The notes beneath the pieces are model-generated. The model was not told the origin of the DNA. It made no database searches and saw only the letters and a program-made list of their open reading frames with translations. Positions 12,965 through 25,076 of a stretch of 64,000 bases of DNA are shown here, piece after piece. Source of the DNA: Selaginella moellendorffii (lineage: Eukaryota; Plantae; Lycopodiophyta). Made by a program: the position numbers and the translations under genes. Positions within the stretch are counted from its first letter, which is position 1; every line of letters begins with the position of its first letter. The stretch is taken from contig NW_003314265.1 of NCBI RefSeq assembly GCF_000143415.4, forward strand, positions 135,199 to 199,198, in the 5' to 3' direction.

Positions 12965-13119
12965 CTGCCAGGAATTTGTGGGAGCAAGTCTAAGCCGCCT
13001 GGCAAATCGCTCATACCAGCAGCTTTCGCCCTTTCTCCCAGATCGCTGTGGGAAATGCCGATCCGGAGCAGCACGCCGACGCTAGCGCCATTGCCGCTCC
13101 CACGATTTCCCTCTTCCCA

Positions 13120-13206
13120 AGAACCCTAAAAGTTAAACCCTCAATAGTGACGTGGCCACGTAGACGTGGCGTCTACGTCACTGGGATACTTTTTGATATA
13201 TAAAAG
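13120..13206. promoter_or_regulatory. Compact divergent promoter between TAD3 and TAF10: telo-box-like sites, four clustered ACGT cores and a TATA box
   Basis: aaccctaa at ~13122; gacgtggccacgtagacgtggcgtctacgtca at 13149-13180; tatataaaag at 13197, 37 nt upstream of the TAF10 ATG. Confidence 0.55.
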
Positions 13207-13233
13207 CTCCTCCCCAAAGAAGGCTACGCGAAG

Positions 13234-13650
13234 ATGGACAGGGCTGGGGACAAGCTGCTAGTGGATTTCCTCTCTTTCCTCGCCGATTACGTCCCCACAT
13301 TCCCGGACGAGCTCGTCGATTACTACGCCGCGGCGGCGGGATTCCAGTGCTCGGATGTGGGCGTCAAGAGGCTCCTGTCCGTGGCGGCGCAGAAATTCGT
13401 GGCCGAGATCGCCAGCGACGCGATGCAATACTGCAAGATGCGGCAGGGCGTGGGGGGATCGTCGTCGGGGGCCAAGCAGCAGCGCAAGATGGTGCTCAGC
13501 CACGACGATCTTGTGAGCGCGCTCAAGGAATACGGTGTGGAGATGCGGCGTCCGGAATATTTCGCGGATACATCCAGTGCTGGCGCCGCCGCTGGCGCCG
13601 CTGGGAATCTCGCGCCATCGGCCGCCGCCGCTGCTCCCCCGGATCAATGA
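13234..13650 (+). CDS. TAF10: TFIID subunit 10 (histone fold), intronless
   Basis: DFLSFLADYVPTFPDELVDYY...GFQCSD..VKRLLSVAAQKFVAEIASDAMQYCKMR...VLSHDDL..ALKEYGV..RRPEYF. Confidence 0.95.
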   Translation: MDRAGDKLLVDFLSFLADYVPTFPDELVDYYAAAAGFQCSDVGVKRLLSVAAQKFVAEIASDAMQYCKMRQGVGGSSSGAKQQRKMVLSHDDLVSALKEYGVEMRRPEYFADTSSAGAAAGAAGNLAPSAAAAAPPDQ

Positions 13651-13735
13651 TCTTCTCTTCCTTTCTAGGGTTTTGCATAGGGTTTAGATAGATTCCTAGG
13701 CGGGCGATGGCGCTGTGATTTCGTCCAGGCGGAGA

Positions 13736-14813
13736 ATGCGGTGCCTTGCGGCCCATGGCGGCATCCAGCTCCAGCAGCCACGGCTCGTCTCGATCGGAGG
13801 CGGCGTGGGAAGCCTCTCTTCTTGTAGATGGAAGGCGAACAGGTGTCTCCGGGCGAGAAATCTGGAGCTATGGCGCAGCACAGTACGGCATTGGAATGGC
13901 AAAACTCGCTGCCAAGCGTTTTGGAGCGCTGATTCTTCTAGTTCCGGCATCAAAAGCGAGAGCGAGAACTTTGGACAACGCAAAAGACCGGTAAGAGTCG
14001 TTTAGACAAGAAAAAAAAGTCTCTAAGTTCTTCCATCCACAGGTGTTAGAATGGGTTGTGCCTGCTGTTCTCGCGGCCGCCACCATCGTTTTGGCCTTGC
14101 GATCCGGCAGGGCCTTCGCGGCAACGTTTGAGAAGAATGTGGCGAGGGAGGCATCGACAAACCAGCTCGGCATTGCACTGGTGAGTGCTTGGGCTGGATT
14201 GATCGCTGGAGGCCTCCACACTCTCACTGGCCCGGACCACTTGGCAGCTCTAGCTCCCCTTTGCATCGGCCGACGATCAAAGCTCGAGAGTGCCGCCGTT
14301 GGTGCCGTGTGGGGATGCGGTCACGACGCTGGCCAGGTCCTCTTCGGCTTCTTCTTCCTGCTGCTCAAGGACAGGCTCAAGATCGAGGTGCTCCGGACGT
14401 GGGGAGCTCGAGTGGTGGGCTTGACTCTCATCGCGATCGGAGCAGTGGGGATCAAAGAAGCACAGGAATCGCCAGCCGTGGAGGAAGAGGCTGCTGTGAC
14501 GAAGAAGAAATCGCTGGGCTTTACTTTCGCGACCGGGATCGTCTATGGCTTGCAGCCGGACGCGCTTCTCATGATCCTTCCAGCGCTGGCGATGCCGTCC
14601 GGACTGGCCGGGGTCTCCTTCCTCGCGATGTTTCTGGTTGGAACCGTGGCGGCCATGAGCAGCTACACCGTGTTCTTGGGATCTTGCAGCCAGGCGCTTC
14701 ACGAGAAGATCCCGTGGATCACTCGCAAGCTCTCGTGGGCGTCCTCGATCGTAGCCATCGCGTTTGGCTTCGCTGTTCTAGCGGGAGAAATTTTTGGTCT
14801 AAGCTTCTATTAA
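13736..14813 (+). CDS. Plastid membrane protein of the NiCoT/UreH-like family (CGF1/2-like); one intron 13991-14042
   Basis: Transit-peptide-like N-terminus; GGLHTLTGPDHLAALAP, WGCGHDAGQ and GLQPDAL motifs; several hydrophobic segments. Confidence 0.88.
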
Positions 14814-14954
14814 TCGAATATATTGTCTCTAATCCATCTTAAAGAACGTCGCGGGTTCGACTCTCCTAAGTATCGAATCTCCATTGGAGCCACGTGGCAG
14901 GCTCGCGCTTTAGCGTTGGAGATAGATTGCTAGCGCGCGAGCTTCATTGGAGCA

Positions 14955-16613
14955 ATGCCCTGCTCCAAATGCCTTGCGTCGGGCACATTGTGGACGCATG
15001 GCGAGGGTCTGGTTGCGCCATGGCGGCGACGCCTTGCGGCTCCATCGATTTGCAAGCGGCAGAGAGCTTCGATTCGGATCGTAGATCAGGATGTGAGGCT
15101 GCATTCCAGGGTTTCCGACAGGATGCCGCCAGATTTGGCAGGGTCGATCGGCTTCTCGTCGGATTTCCAGGTAGTGTGTGACATTTTCGAGATGTAGAAG
15201 CTCGTTTTCATGGTGATTTTGTCAGCCGAATCGGTTTCCAGCGTTCCCGGGCTCGGATTTCACGAATGTGAGACAGAGAGAAGAAAAGATCAGCAATTTG
15301 CGACGCTTGATCCTCCAGGTGGCGACTGTGAGTGGTTTTTTCGCGTTGCAATCACTCACTCAGGCCTGGGCTGGAAGCTCCATGGCCGACGCTCAACAAA
15401 GCGCATCATTTTTGGGATTTTTGGGAAGCATTGACGAGATTAAAAGCGGTTTTACATTGGTACGTAGAGAATTTTCTTTCATGGAGGAACGATCTTTTGA
15501 AAGTTTTGCAGGCGTTTCTTCTAATATTTTTCTCGGAGTTGGGAGACAAAACATTCTTTATTGCGGTAATCTCCTCCAATCTCGAGTTTCCATGAATTGT
15601 TTTTATGCAGGCAATCCTGGCGAGCAGGAGATCCAATGTTGCTGTTTTTACTGGAACATTTGGAGCTCTTGTGTAAGCTATAGCTATAGTTCATATGATA
15701 TCGTTGCTTGAAGATACGTTGTGCCTTCTTTCATGCAGAGCCATGACATTGATATCTGTGGTTTTAGGACGGGCATTTCATTATATAGACGGTGTTCTAC
15801 CTTTCAGGTAATCAGAAGAACTAGAATCTCAAACCAATCTCCAGATCTCTTGCAGCTTAGGCAGCAACGAAATACCGCTAGACGACCTTGCCGCTGTTGC
15901 TTTGCTGGTAAACATTCCATTTTCGTTTGCGTTTCCTTGTAGTCAAAAGGACTTTCAACTGTAGATTTACTTCGGAGTGTCTACGCTGCTGGACGCTTCT
16001 TCTATGGAAGGATCAAAATCACAAGAAGAGCAACAAGAGGTACGTAAAAGCTCATAGAATTCACGTCCGCTATCTCGTGCTTGCTGACCTCTAGGCGGAA
16101 CTGGCCGTTGCTGGAGTAAACGGTGGCGGCGGCTCGACGAGCAGCGTAGTTATCTCAACATTCGCACTGGTGTTCGTGGCTGAGTGGGGAGACAAGTCGT
16201 TCTTCTCGACAATAGGTGAATGGATCAAACTTCCAGTCCTTTGCTTGGTTCAAACCAACATGAAAAAACTTGACGCGAGTTCTTCGTCCATCAGCTCTAG
16301 CAGCGGCGTCCTCTCCTGTTGGTGTGGTGGCTGGAGCTATCGCTGGTCATGGCGCTGCTACATTGGTAAGAATCTCGACTCCATGGCTCGAACGAGAGTG
16401 TTTTACAAGCTTTCTTCTTTCCAGCTCGCTGTTCTTGGTGGATCGATCATGGGAAACTACATCTCCGAAAAGGTTGGAGCTAAAGCCCAAATCGAGAAAA
16501 ATAATCTTTCGCATTTTTCATCTTTTCTACAGGCGATTGCGTACATTGGCGGGACGCTATTCCTCGTGTTTGCTGGAGAGACGCTCTTCGAGATCCTCAC
16601 TGGGTCCAAGTAA
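14955..16613 (+). CDS. PAM71: GDT1/UPF0016 thylakoid Mn2+/Ca2+ transporter, PAM71-like (multi-exon)
   Basis: Two ExGD motifs (FLLIFFSELGDKTFFIA and FVAEWGDKSFFSTI), plus LDDLAAVALL|IYFGVSTLLDA and AIAGHGAATL. Transit-peptide-like start. Confidence 0.85.
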
Positions 16614-16793
16614 AACGTAAATGATTGCACAGAGACAAGGATTTTTACCAGCGTGACCAAGAGTCAAAATGGCTTTGTTCTACCTCCCAGTAGGGTTTTT
16701 GGTGGAATGGGAATGGCGCGGGGTAATTCAAAGGGATTTCGGCAGGGATTTTCAATGGTAGCGTAGATTGGATCGAAGCGGCGGAAGCGCGAG

Positions 16794-19470
16794 ATGATGA
16801 TCGGCTATGCTGACGATAGCCCGATGCTACACGGCATTGAGCTTTCAGGCCCCCTTTCGCAGCCTCCTTCGATCCGAGCTGAGGATCGGAAGAGGGGAAG
16901 TTCCAAGCGCGTAGCTCCGGATTGCGTCGCCAAGCACGAGCACTTGATCCAGTCGGGTCCTCTGGGAAAATGCGACAATCCGCTGTGTACGACTTGTCCG
17001 GCCTATCTTGACCCCAATTTCCACAAGGAGGAGAAGCGCTCTGTGGTGAGTTTTGAGTGAATTCTCATTGCTCAAGAGTTTCCACTTGTAGGGAAGTGTT
17101 GCGGTGCCTGGATTTTTACGAAAGTTGTGGCTAGTGCTCCGCGAGATTTGGTACCACTTGTCACGCGGAGTCATAAATCCTCACACCAAGTTCGTCCAAC
17201 GCTGGAACAAGTTCTTTGTTCTGTCTTGTCTCACCAGCGTTTTCCTCGATCCACTATTTTTTTTCCTCCTCGCGGTAAAGCAGGTGAGCTTCTTGTTAGC
17301 TTTCGGCATCAGATCGGACAGACTTATTTGGAACTGTTCACTGTTTCATGGCAGTACCAAAAGTGCATTTACATCGACCAGAAAGCTTCCACTGTTTTGC
17401 TAATTTTGAGAAGTATCACTGACACGATTTATCTCATGCACATCCTCCTCCAGGTGACGGTTTTGTCTTTCCCTTTCCTTCTTTCAAGAAATTCAATTTC
17501 ACGTGATTAGATCATCGCAGTTTCGGCTGGCGTATGTTGCTCCATCGGTTCATAAAATCGAGAGGCCAGAGAGGAGATTTTTGTCCGGCCGCGAAGTTTC
17601 CTTTGCAACTCGCGATCTTGTCGACAATCCCAGGAAAATAGCGTGGAAGTACTTGACGGGATGGTTTTTGCTGGATCTTTTGTCAACTTTGCCTCTTCCA
17701 CAAGTAAGCTCAATTTTTTTTCTTGATTTTACGCTAAATCACTTCATGATCATCCAGATTATGATCAAACTTGTTGTGCCGCGTTACATGGGAGCAGCTG
17801 GTGCAAACTACTTCAAAAATGTGCTCCGCGTCACAATGCTACTCCAATGCGTCCCACGCATAATTAGAGTGCTGCCGTTTCTTTCAGGATATACTTCTAT
17901 CGGTTTTATCTTTGAGACCGCTTGGGCGAACTTCGTCATCAATATTCTTCTCTACCTCCTTTCAGGCCACGTCGTTGGCTCTTGCTGGTACCTTTTCGGG
18001 TTGCAGGTATGGTTTTAGTACTTTACCAATCACAAGTATTTCAGGGTAACACTGTTTTCTACGTATGCAGAGAGTGAACCAATGTTTGCATAACGCTTGC
18101 AGAAATGCTACCAGTTCACGATGCATTGGAGACTTTCTAGACTGCGGCAATGGAACCCTGCAAGAACGTCTCATTGGAAATGCCGTCAGGAGCTTGTGGG
18201 TGAACAATGAAAACGCTACTCAGTGCTTTGACAGTCCATCTCGTGTCTTCACATACGGTATATATCAACCTGCTGTGCTGGTGACTACACATAATAACAG
18301 CTTTACCAGATATATTTTCTCCTTGGTTTGGGGGTTTCAGGTAAGTGGAAGTTGGAAGCTGTTGATAGATGTTGCTCGCTTCGTGATCAATGCAGCAAAT
18401 CAGTACGTTAGCTGGAAACCAGATTCCGAGCCTGTTCATCTGGGAGGTCGTTTTTGTGATGACGGTCATTGGACTGGGCCTGCTACTGTTAACGTTGCTC
18501 ATCGGCAACATGCAAAGCTTTCTACAGTCCCTCGGTCGCAGGTATCTTTAGACTTTCGCCTTGGTTCTAACTTCTGTTTTTTTTCTCAGATCCTTGGAAA
18601 TGCAGTTAAAACGATACGAAGTTGAGAAATGGATGACCCGCCGTCATCTGCCTCCAAAATTGAGAAGGTATGACTGAATGTTTTTAGCTTCTCGTGAAAT
18701 TTACTTTGTGTTCTTTCAAGGCGAGTGAGACAATTTGAGAGATTTCACTGGGCAGCAACCACCGGTGTCGGGGAAGAGGAGCTGTTGGAGGACTTACCGG
18801 AAGATCTGCACAGAGATATTCGCAGGCTGCTCTTCACAGATCTCGTGCAAAAGGTTTTTTCCGAGTCCATGATTGACAAACTTCACCATGGTTTTCTATT
18901 TTCCAGGTTCCTCTTCTAAGAGCCATGGGTGAGCACTCGCTCGACCAGATCTTCCAGCGCTTGCGTCAAAAGCTCTACATCGACGGCTGCGAGGTCGCGC
19001 GTCGTGGTGTTCACGTCCACCAGATGCTCATCATCGTCCGAGGAACGCTGCAAAGCAAAAACGAGGACGACTCTTACGCAATGCTGCGAGGCGGAGATAT
19101 CTGCGGCGAAGAGCTGCTGACGATGTCTCTCTTCAACTCTCGCTTCTCCAAGCAAATCCGAGCCATCTCCACTAGAACAGTCGTGTGCCAAGGTAACGTC
19201 GAGGCCTTTTCCATCGGGAGGCAAGCTCTGGAAGAAGTGAGCCGGGACTTTAAGTTGCTACAAGATCCACAAGTGCAAAGAGCTATCAGGTACACAAGTT
19301 TTGTTCTTCCTCGAAGATTTTCTACAAGAAAATTCACGAGTCTTCTTTCTAGATGTGAATCGCACTTCCTGAGATCATGGGGAGCGGGGAAGATCCAAAC
19401 GCTATGGAGATATAGAAAGAAGATGCGCGCAAACAAGAGGTGGCCTAGCGCAATATACAAGAAGGAATGA
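16794..19470 (+). CDS. Cyclic nucleotide-gated channel, group IV (CNGC19/20-like)
   Basis: SGPLGKCDNPLCTTCP N-terminal motif, FLDPLFF, GHVVGSCWYLFGLQRVNQC, pore QISTLAGNQ, CNBD GDICGEELL, IQ motif IQTLWRYRKK. Confidence 0.93.
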
Positions 19471-19689
19471 ACGGCTGGATCATGATGTTTAGTCTGACGG
19501 CTGCGATTCGAGATGGATTTTCCCGCCCGGCGGTAAAACCCGCGTTTCAAGCGCACGCTATGGCTCCCAGATTTTCGCGACGTCCTCGATGATCTGCGCC
19601 ATGAGGGGGAATTGCTACTGCTGCTCGCGCTCTATAAATCCTCTCCACTTGGCCGCCTCCTCAAGCGGATCCATCAATCCGGCTTCACA

Positions 19690-22226
19690 ATGGCGGCGGC
19701 AGACTGGGCGAGGATGATCGATGTCGTTTTGGATGCTAGCAAGGTCCGCAAGCGAGCGGAGGAGGAGGAGAAGGAAGTGGCGGCCAAGGCGACGACATCG
19801 TCCGTGGTTCTGGCATGGCGAGACCTCACGGTCTCGGTTTCTTCCAGTCAGGGAGGGCAGGCGCGCAAGGTTCTTCACGGATTGACAGGCTATGCCGAGC
19901 CCGGGCGATTGCTGGCCGTGATGGGACCGTCCGGCTCCGGGAAATCGACGCTGCTCGACTCCCTCGCTGGTAATATCGTGTGCTTGCATCGATCTCTCTT
20001 GAAATTTCGGGAATCTTGCGTGATCTTGGCGTCACAGGGAGGCTTGCGAGGAATGCCGAGAGAGAAGGGAGCGTGTGGATCAACGGGCAGAAGCAAAAGG
20101 CCTCGTTTGGAACGGCTGTGAGTGATCTTAGTTTTCTTTCTTCTTGGGCCGATTTTTTTCTTTTTCTTTTTCTTTTTCGTGTAGGCTTATGTGACACAGG
20201 AAGATGTTTTGATCGGGACTCTCACAGTTAGAGAGACGATCTTCTACTCAGCGAAGCTGCGGCTGCCTGATGAGATGCCGCTGGCCGAGAAGATCGCCAT
20301 GGTGGAGACGGCGATCTTGGAGATGGGGCTTAGCGAATGCGCCGACACTGTCATTGGGAATTGGCACTTGCGGGGGCTTAGCGGCGGTGAGAAGAGAAGG
20401 GTCAGATTGCTCTGGAGCTCCTTCTAAGGCCACATTTGTTGTTTCTGGACGAGCCCACGAGCGGTCTTGACAGGTATAGCATACACTTCGTGTTCTTCAT
20501 GGAAAACTAAGTTGTCTCTTTCTTGACAATGTTTTTGACATTTGTTGTGTAGTGCTTCGGCGTTTTTCGTGACGAAGACTCTGCAGAAGCTAGCTAGAGA
20601 TGGCCGCACGGTTTTGGCCTCGATTCACCAGCCCAGCAGCGAAGTTTTTGCACTCTTTGACGATCTCTTCCTCCTCGCGAACGGAAGGACTGTTTACTTT
20701 GGTGAATCTCGATCGGCTCACCAGGTACTGGCAACTTCTTCCAAGTTGATTGATCAGCTAAAGAACGCTTAAAACTTTCTTCAGTATTTCTCCGCAGCGG
20801 GATTTCCCTGCCCTCCGCTGCGCAATCCCTCGGACCATTTTCTACGAGCCATCAACTCGGACTTCGACAGAGTCAAGCAAACTCTCAAAGGATCTTACAT
20901 CGATGACCAACTGGATTCCAGTGACCCTCTTAACAAAATCACGGCCACGGAAGTTGTGGCTATACTTTTGGATAGTTATCCGTTGTCGACTCAGGCAGTT
21001 TGGGCCGACTCCAAAGTAAACGAGTATACTTCTCTGGTAAGACTTCCCGTTCCTGGCAACTATTTGACTGATGGATGAGTTTGTTTGCAGAATGGTACTG
21101 TTTCAGAACCGAATGGAAGCCAGGCCAGCTTTCTTACACAGTCTTTGACTCTAACGTGCAGATCTTTCGTCAACATGACCCGAGACATTGGTTACTACTG
21201 GCTTCGGCTTGCGATCTACATGTTGCTGACTCTGTGCATCGGAACCATTTACTTCAAGGTGGGATCGACGTATGAATCCATCGCAGCAAGAGCCTCGTGT
21301 ATGGCTTACGTTGCCGGTTTCCTCACTTTCATGTCGATTGGTGGCTTTCCGTCCTTCGTGGAAGATATGAAGGTGAGTTCGACGTACTGCGTTTTCTTCT
21401 TCGACTCAACCATGTCCATGTCCAGGTTTTTGCTCGAGAAAGATTGAATGGTCACTATGGAGTGGCAGCATTCGTGATTGCGAACACGCTGTCGTCGCTG
21501 CCGTTTCTGTTCCTCATATGCTTCGTCTCGGGATTCATTTGCTACTACATGGTCGGACTTAACCCGGGCTTCGACCACTTCATCTACTTCCTCCTCATTC
21601 TTTTCTGTAGCGTCTCGGTGGTGGAAAGCCTGATGATGGCAGTGGCGAGCGTCGTCCCCAACTTTCTCATGGGTATCATCACTGGAGCTGGAATCCAGGT
21701 AAACTCTCCGGACTAATATGAGTCTCAATGAAAAACTTGTGGTGTTTCCTTCCAGGGGTTTTTCATGCTTGTAGCCGGGTTCTTCCGCCTTCCCAACGAG
21801 ATCCCAAAGGTTTTCTGGAAGTACCCGGTGTCCTACCTCAGCTTCCATATGTTCTCCCTCCAGGGGATGTACCAAAACGATTTCCTGGGCGTTGATTTCT
21901 CGAACAAGTTCCCAGCTCTGCCAACGATCCCCGGCCGCCTCATCCTGTCCGAGTTCTACCAAGTGAACATGCGGCGCTCCAAATGGGCCAACCTCGCCGT
22001 GGTTTTCAGCATGATCGTCATCTATAGGCTCTTCTTCTTCGCGATGATCAAAGCCGGCGAAGATCTGTGGCCGCGAGCCAGGAGACTCACTACCAGTCGC
22101 GCCTCTCTCTGGAGGATCAAGGCCATGGATCTCGTCACGAAGCTCTCGGAGATGCGGCGAAAGAGCAGCTCAATCGCCCACAGATCGAGCAGCGATGAAT
22201 TTCTACCCCCGCCATCGCTGCTCTAA
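19690..22226 (+). CDS. ABCG half-transporter (WBC/ABCG11-like)
   Basis: Walker A GPSGSGKS, signature LSGGEKRR, Walker [54 protein letters not shown]. Confidence 0.95.
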
Positions 22227-22433
22227 GACGCAGCAACTGTAAGGGCTTCAGCTGAAGCGGATTATATTCCCTACCCACGTGGAAGGGCATAAAGCATAGA
22301 ATCTAAAGGTGCCCCTTTTATGGCGGGCTTGCATTTCAAACACTGGCCAATAGGAGGAAATCTAGATAGGTTTTATACTACACGCTCTCTCCGCTTTAGG
22401 AGTGATCTAGCTTAGGGCATCCAAGCAGCGGCG

Positions 22434-23871
22434 ATGAGCGCCATGGACAAGGGCGCCACGGCGATGAATGTGGACGAGCAGCCACATGTCCAGCACGGAC
22501 CATCGCTCGTGGAGCAGCTCCAGGTAAGTGTCGATCGATCGATCGGGCGGCGCTTATTCCAGAAATCTCCCTGTGCTGCAGCACTGTGGCATTTCCGCGG
22601 TGGATGTCAAGAAGCTCCGAGAGGCAGGGTTTTGTACCGTCGAAGCGGTGGCCTATTCGCCCAAGAAGGAGCTGCTCAAGATCAAAGGCATAAGCGAGGC
22701 TAAGGTCGACAAGATCACTGAAGCGGGTATGTACATTTTGGTTCTGTTTTGTTTTTTGTTTTTTTCTCATTGTTCTATGGAACTTGCGTAGCGACCAAGC
22801 TTGTTCCGATGGGATTCACAAGTGCGGCACAAATGCACGAGCAGCGATCCGAGATCATCCAAATAACATCGGGGTCCAAAGAACTCGATAAGATCCTGGA
22901 AGGGGGCATTGAGACGGGCTCCATAACGGAGATCTATGGAGAGTTTCGGACTGGAAAGACCCAGTTGTGTCACACGCTTTGTGTAACATGTCAGGTATGT
23001 ATGGTCGTTTTGACATTATGGATCGCTGAGTTTTGTGTTTTCTTAAAAGCTGCCATTGGATCAAGGAGGCGGTGAAGGCAAAGCGTTGTACATAGATGCC
23101 GAAGGAACGTTCAGGCCACAGAGATTGTTGCAAATCGCCGAGAGGTTGGATCACGTCTTTCTTTCTTTTTCGTGATTCCGTATGATCGTTTCCTTTACAT
23201 AGATATGGGCTGAATGGAGCAGATGTTTTGGACAATATTGCCTACGCGAGAGCATACAACACTGATCATCAATCACAGCTTCTGTTAGAGGCGGCGTCTA
23301 TGATGGCTGAATCGAGGTAAGCATTTTCCTTGATAAGTTAAATACGAACACTCTCCTCGCAGGTTTGCCTTGATGATAGTAGACAGCGCGACTGCTCTGT
23401 ATCGGACCGATTTTTCGGGACGCGGTGAACTATCTGCCAGACAAATGCACCTTGCTAGATTCTTAAGAAGCCTACAGAAACTGGCAGACGAGGTAAGCTC
23501 TCGATCGCTCTCTCGCTCGTTTGCTTTTAGATTTTAGAGTAACATTTCGCTTCACAGTTTGGAGTGGCGGTGGTCCTGACTAACCAAGTTGTGGCACAAG
23601 TCGACGGGTCTGCCGTTTTCGCTGGTCCGCAAGTCAAGCCCATCGGGGGCAACATAATCGCCCATGCCTCCACGACAAGGTACACGGGTGTTTGTCATTT
23701 CATTCTAGCTCTATTTCCTAAACTAATGCTCACTGTTTTCTTCACAGACTCGCATTGCGGAAGGGACGAGGGGAGGAACGGATATGCAAGATCGTTTGCT
23801 CACCATGCCTAGCAGAGCAAGAAGCTCGTTTCCAGATCTCTGGCGACGGCATCATTGATGTCACAGATTAA
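22434..23871 (+). CDS. RAD51: DNA recombinase RAD51, intact, multi-exon
   Basis: [63 protein letters not shown]. Exons splice in frame to TAA at 23869-23871. Confidence 0.97.
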
Positions 23872-24090
23872 TGCCCCACAGCATCATGAAACGCTTTCAC
23901 GTTAAAATATATTCCATGGTTATTTTACTGAATACCACAGCGTACAGTAGAAGTAACCAACGTGCTTGATTATGTGTGTTTAATTAAGTTCAAAACACCT
24001 CGAGCACCACGCTAAGTATTTCTTTATGTGCTCCAATTTGAATATAAATAGGCTCCATGGCTCTTGCACAAGCACAGCAAGCGTACAACA

Positions 24091-24806
24091 ATGTCTGCAA
24101 AATCGAATCTCGTTTCCTTCCTCGTTGCTGCAGTATGCATGCTAGCAGTGACCAATGCACAGCCAGAGGTAAAATTCTATATTTCCTTAGATATGCGATG
24201 AAGAGATTGTATGTGCTTGATTTCAATTACCAGGTGTGCGATTATACGTTGACGATTACAACAGGAAAATGGGGAACTGACGGAACAGTGGGTATATCAG
24301 TTTTCAACAACACATCTAGATTTGGCCCACAATTTCTAGATCTGGACAATCCGGGGGATGATTTCAAGCCTCATACCAAGGATGAGTATCATCGACAGGG
24401 CCCATGCTTGAGAAATATTTGTGGTTTCAAGCTCACCCTTAGGGATCCTTGGCCAAGAGAATGGGAGCCTCGTCGTGCATCTATTGTTTGCAAGAGCAAT
24501 GGTGAAGAGATCTCAAGTTATGCATGTAGCTTTGGCCAATTTGGAGGATACCTGTCGACTCTGCTGATCGGACGAAAATCAGATAGTGTGTGGGTGAGTG
24601 ACTGTGAACAGATGGCATGCAAGACAACGTATGAGAATCCCAAGTGGGACCAATGGTATATCTCTCGAGTGAATAGAATGTGTGCAAGCTTAAATAACTA
24701 CTGTCTGATTGAATTTCTAATAAAAGTTCAGCATATGCACCTCACTCACCATGGACTAATGCATAATGCACTCCCCAATCCTGGAAGACAACATCTATCC
24801 ACCTGA
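24091..24806 (+). CDS. Secreted PLAT/LH2-domain protein; 3' end uncertain
   Basis: Exon 24091-24168 encodes a signal-peptide-like MSAKSNLVSFLVAAVCMLAVTNAQPE. It splices (intron 24169-24233) to VCDYTLTITTG..GTDG.V.I...DF....KDEY...GPCL..IC...L......W, a PLAT pattern. Confidence 0.7.
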
Positions 24807-25076
24807 AACCTTTATTGAGGTCTAGTTTAGATTTGAAAGTTACGAGATGGGAGGGAGTTTGATTGATCGAGAGGGAACTGAACTTGTTCCTTCGTGTGCG
24901 AGGATATTGTAAAATTCGTTTCAAGCTAGCCACGACCGCGCAAATATACTGAAACTCCCAAGCTCCAAACCTTCATTTGTTTGCAGAGCTAACTCCACTC
25001 CAGCCGAAGCTGCCCGATGGCACTGCTCTCCTTTTGTAAGAGAGCTCACTTCTCTCCTTTTGTGCATAGGGTTTCC

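Noticed and set aside
19517-19526. E2F-like site TTTCCCGC between CNGC and ABCG
   Set aside because: A single short motif upstream of a gene with no expected E2F link; no supporting evidence.
22434-23871. DMC1 rather than RAD51
   Set aside because: The N-terminal domain ([29 protein letters not shown]) and [15 protein letters not shown] are RAD51-type.
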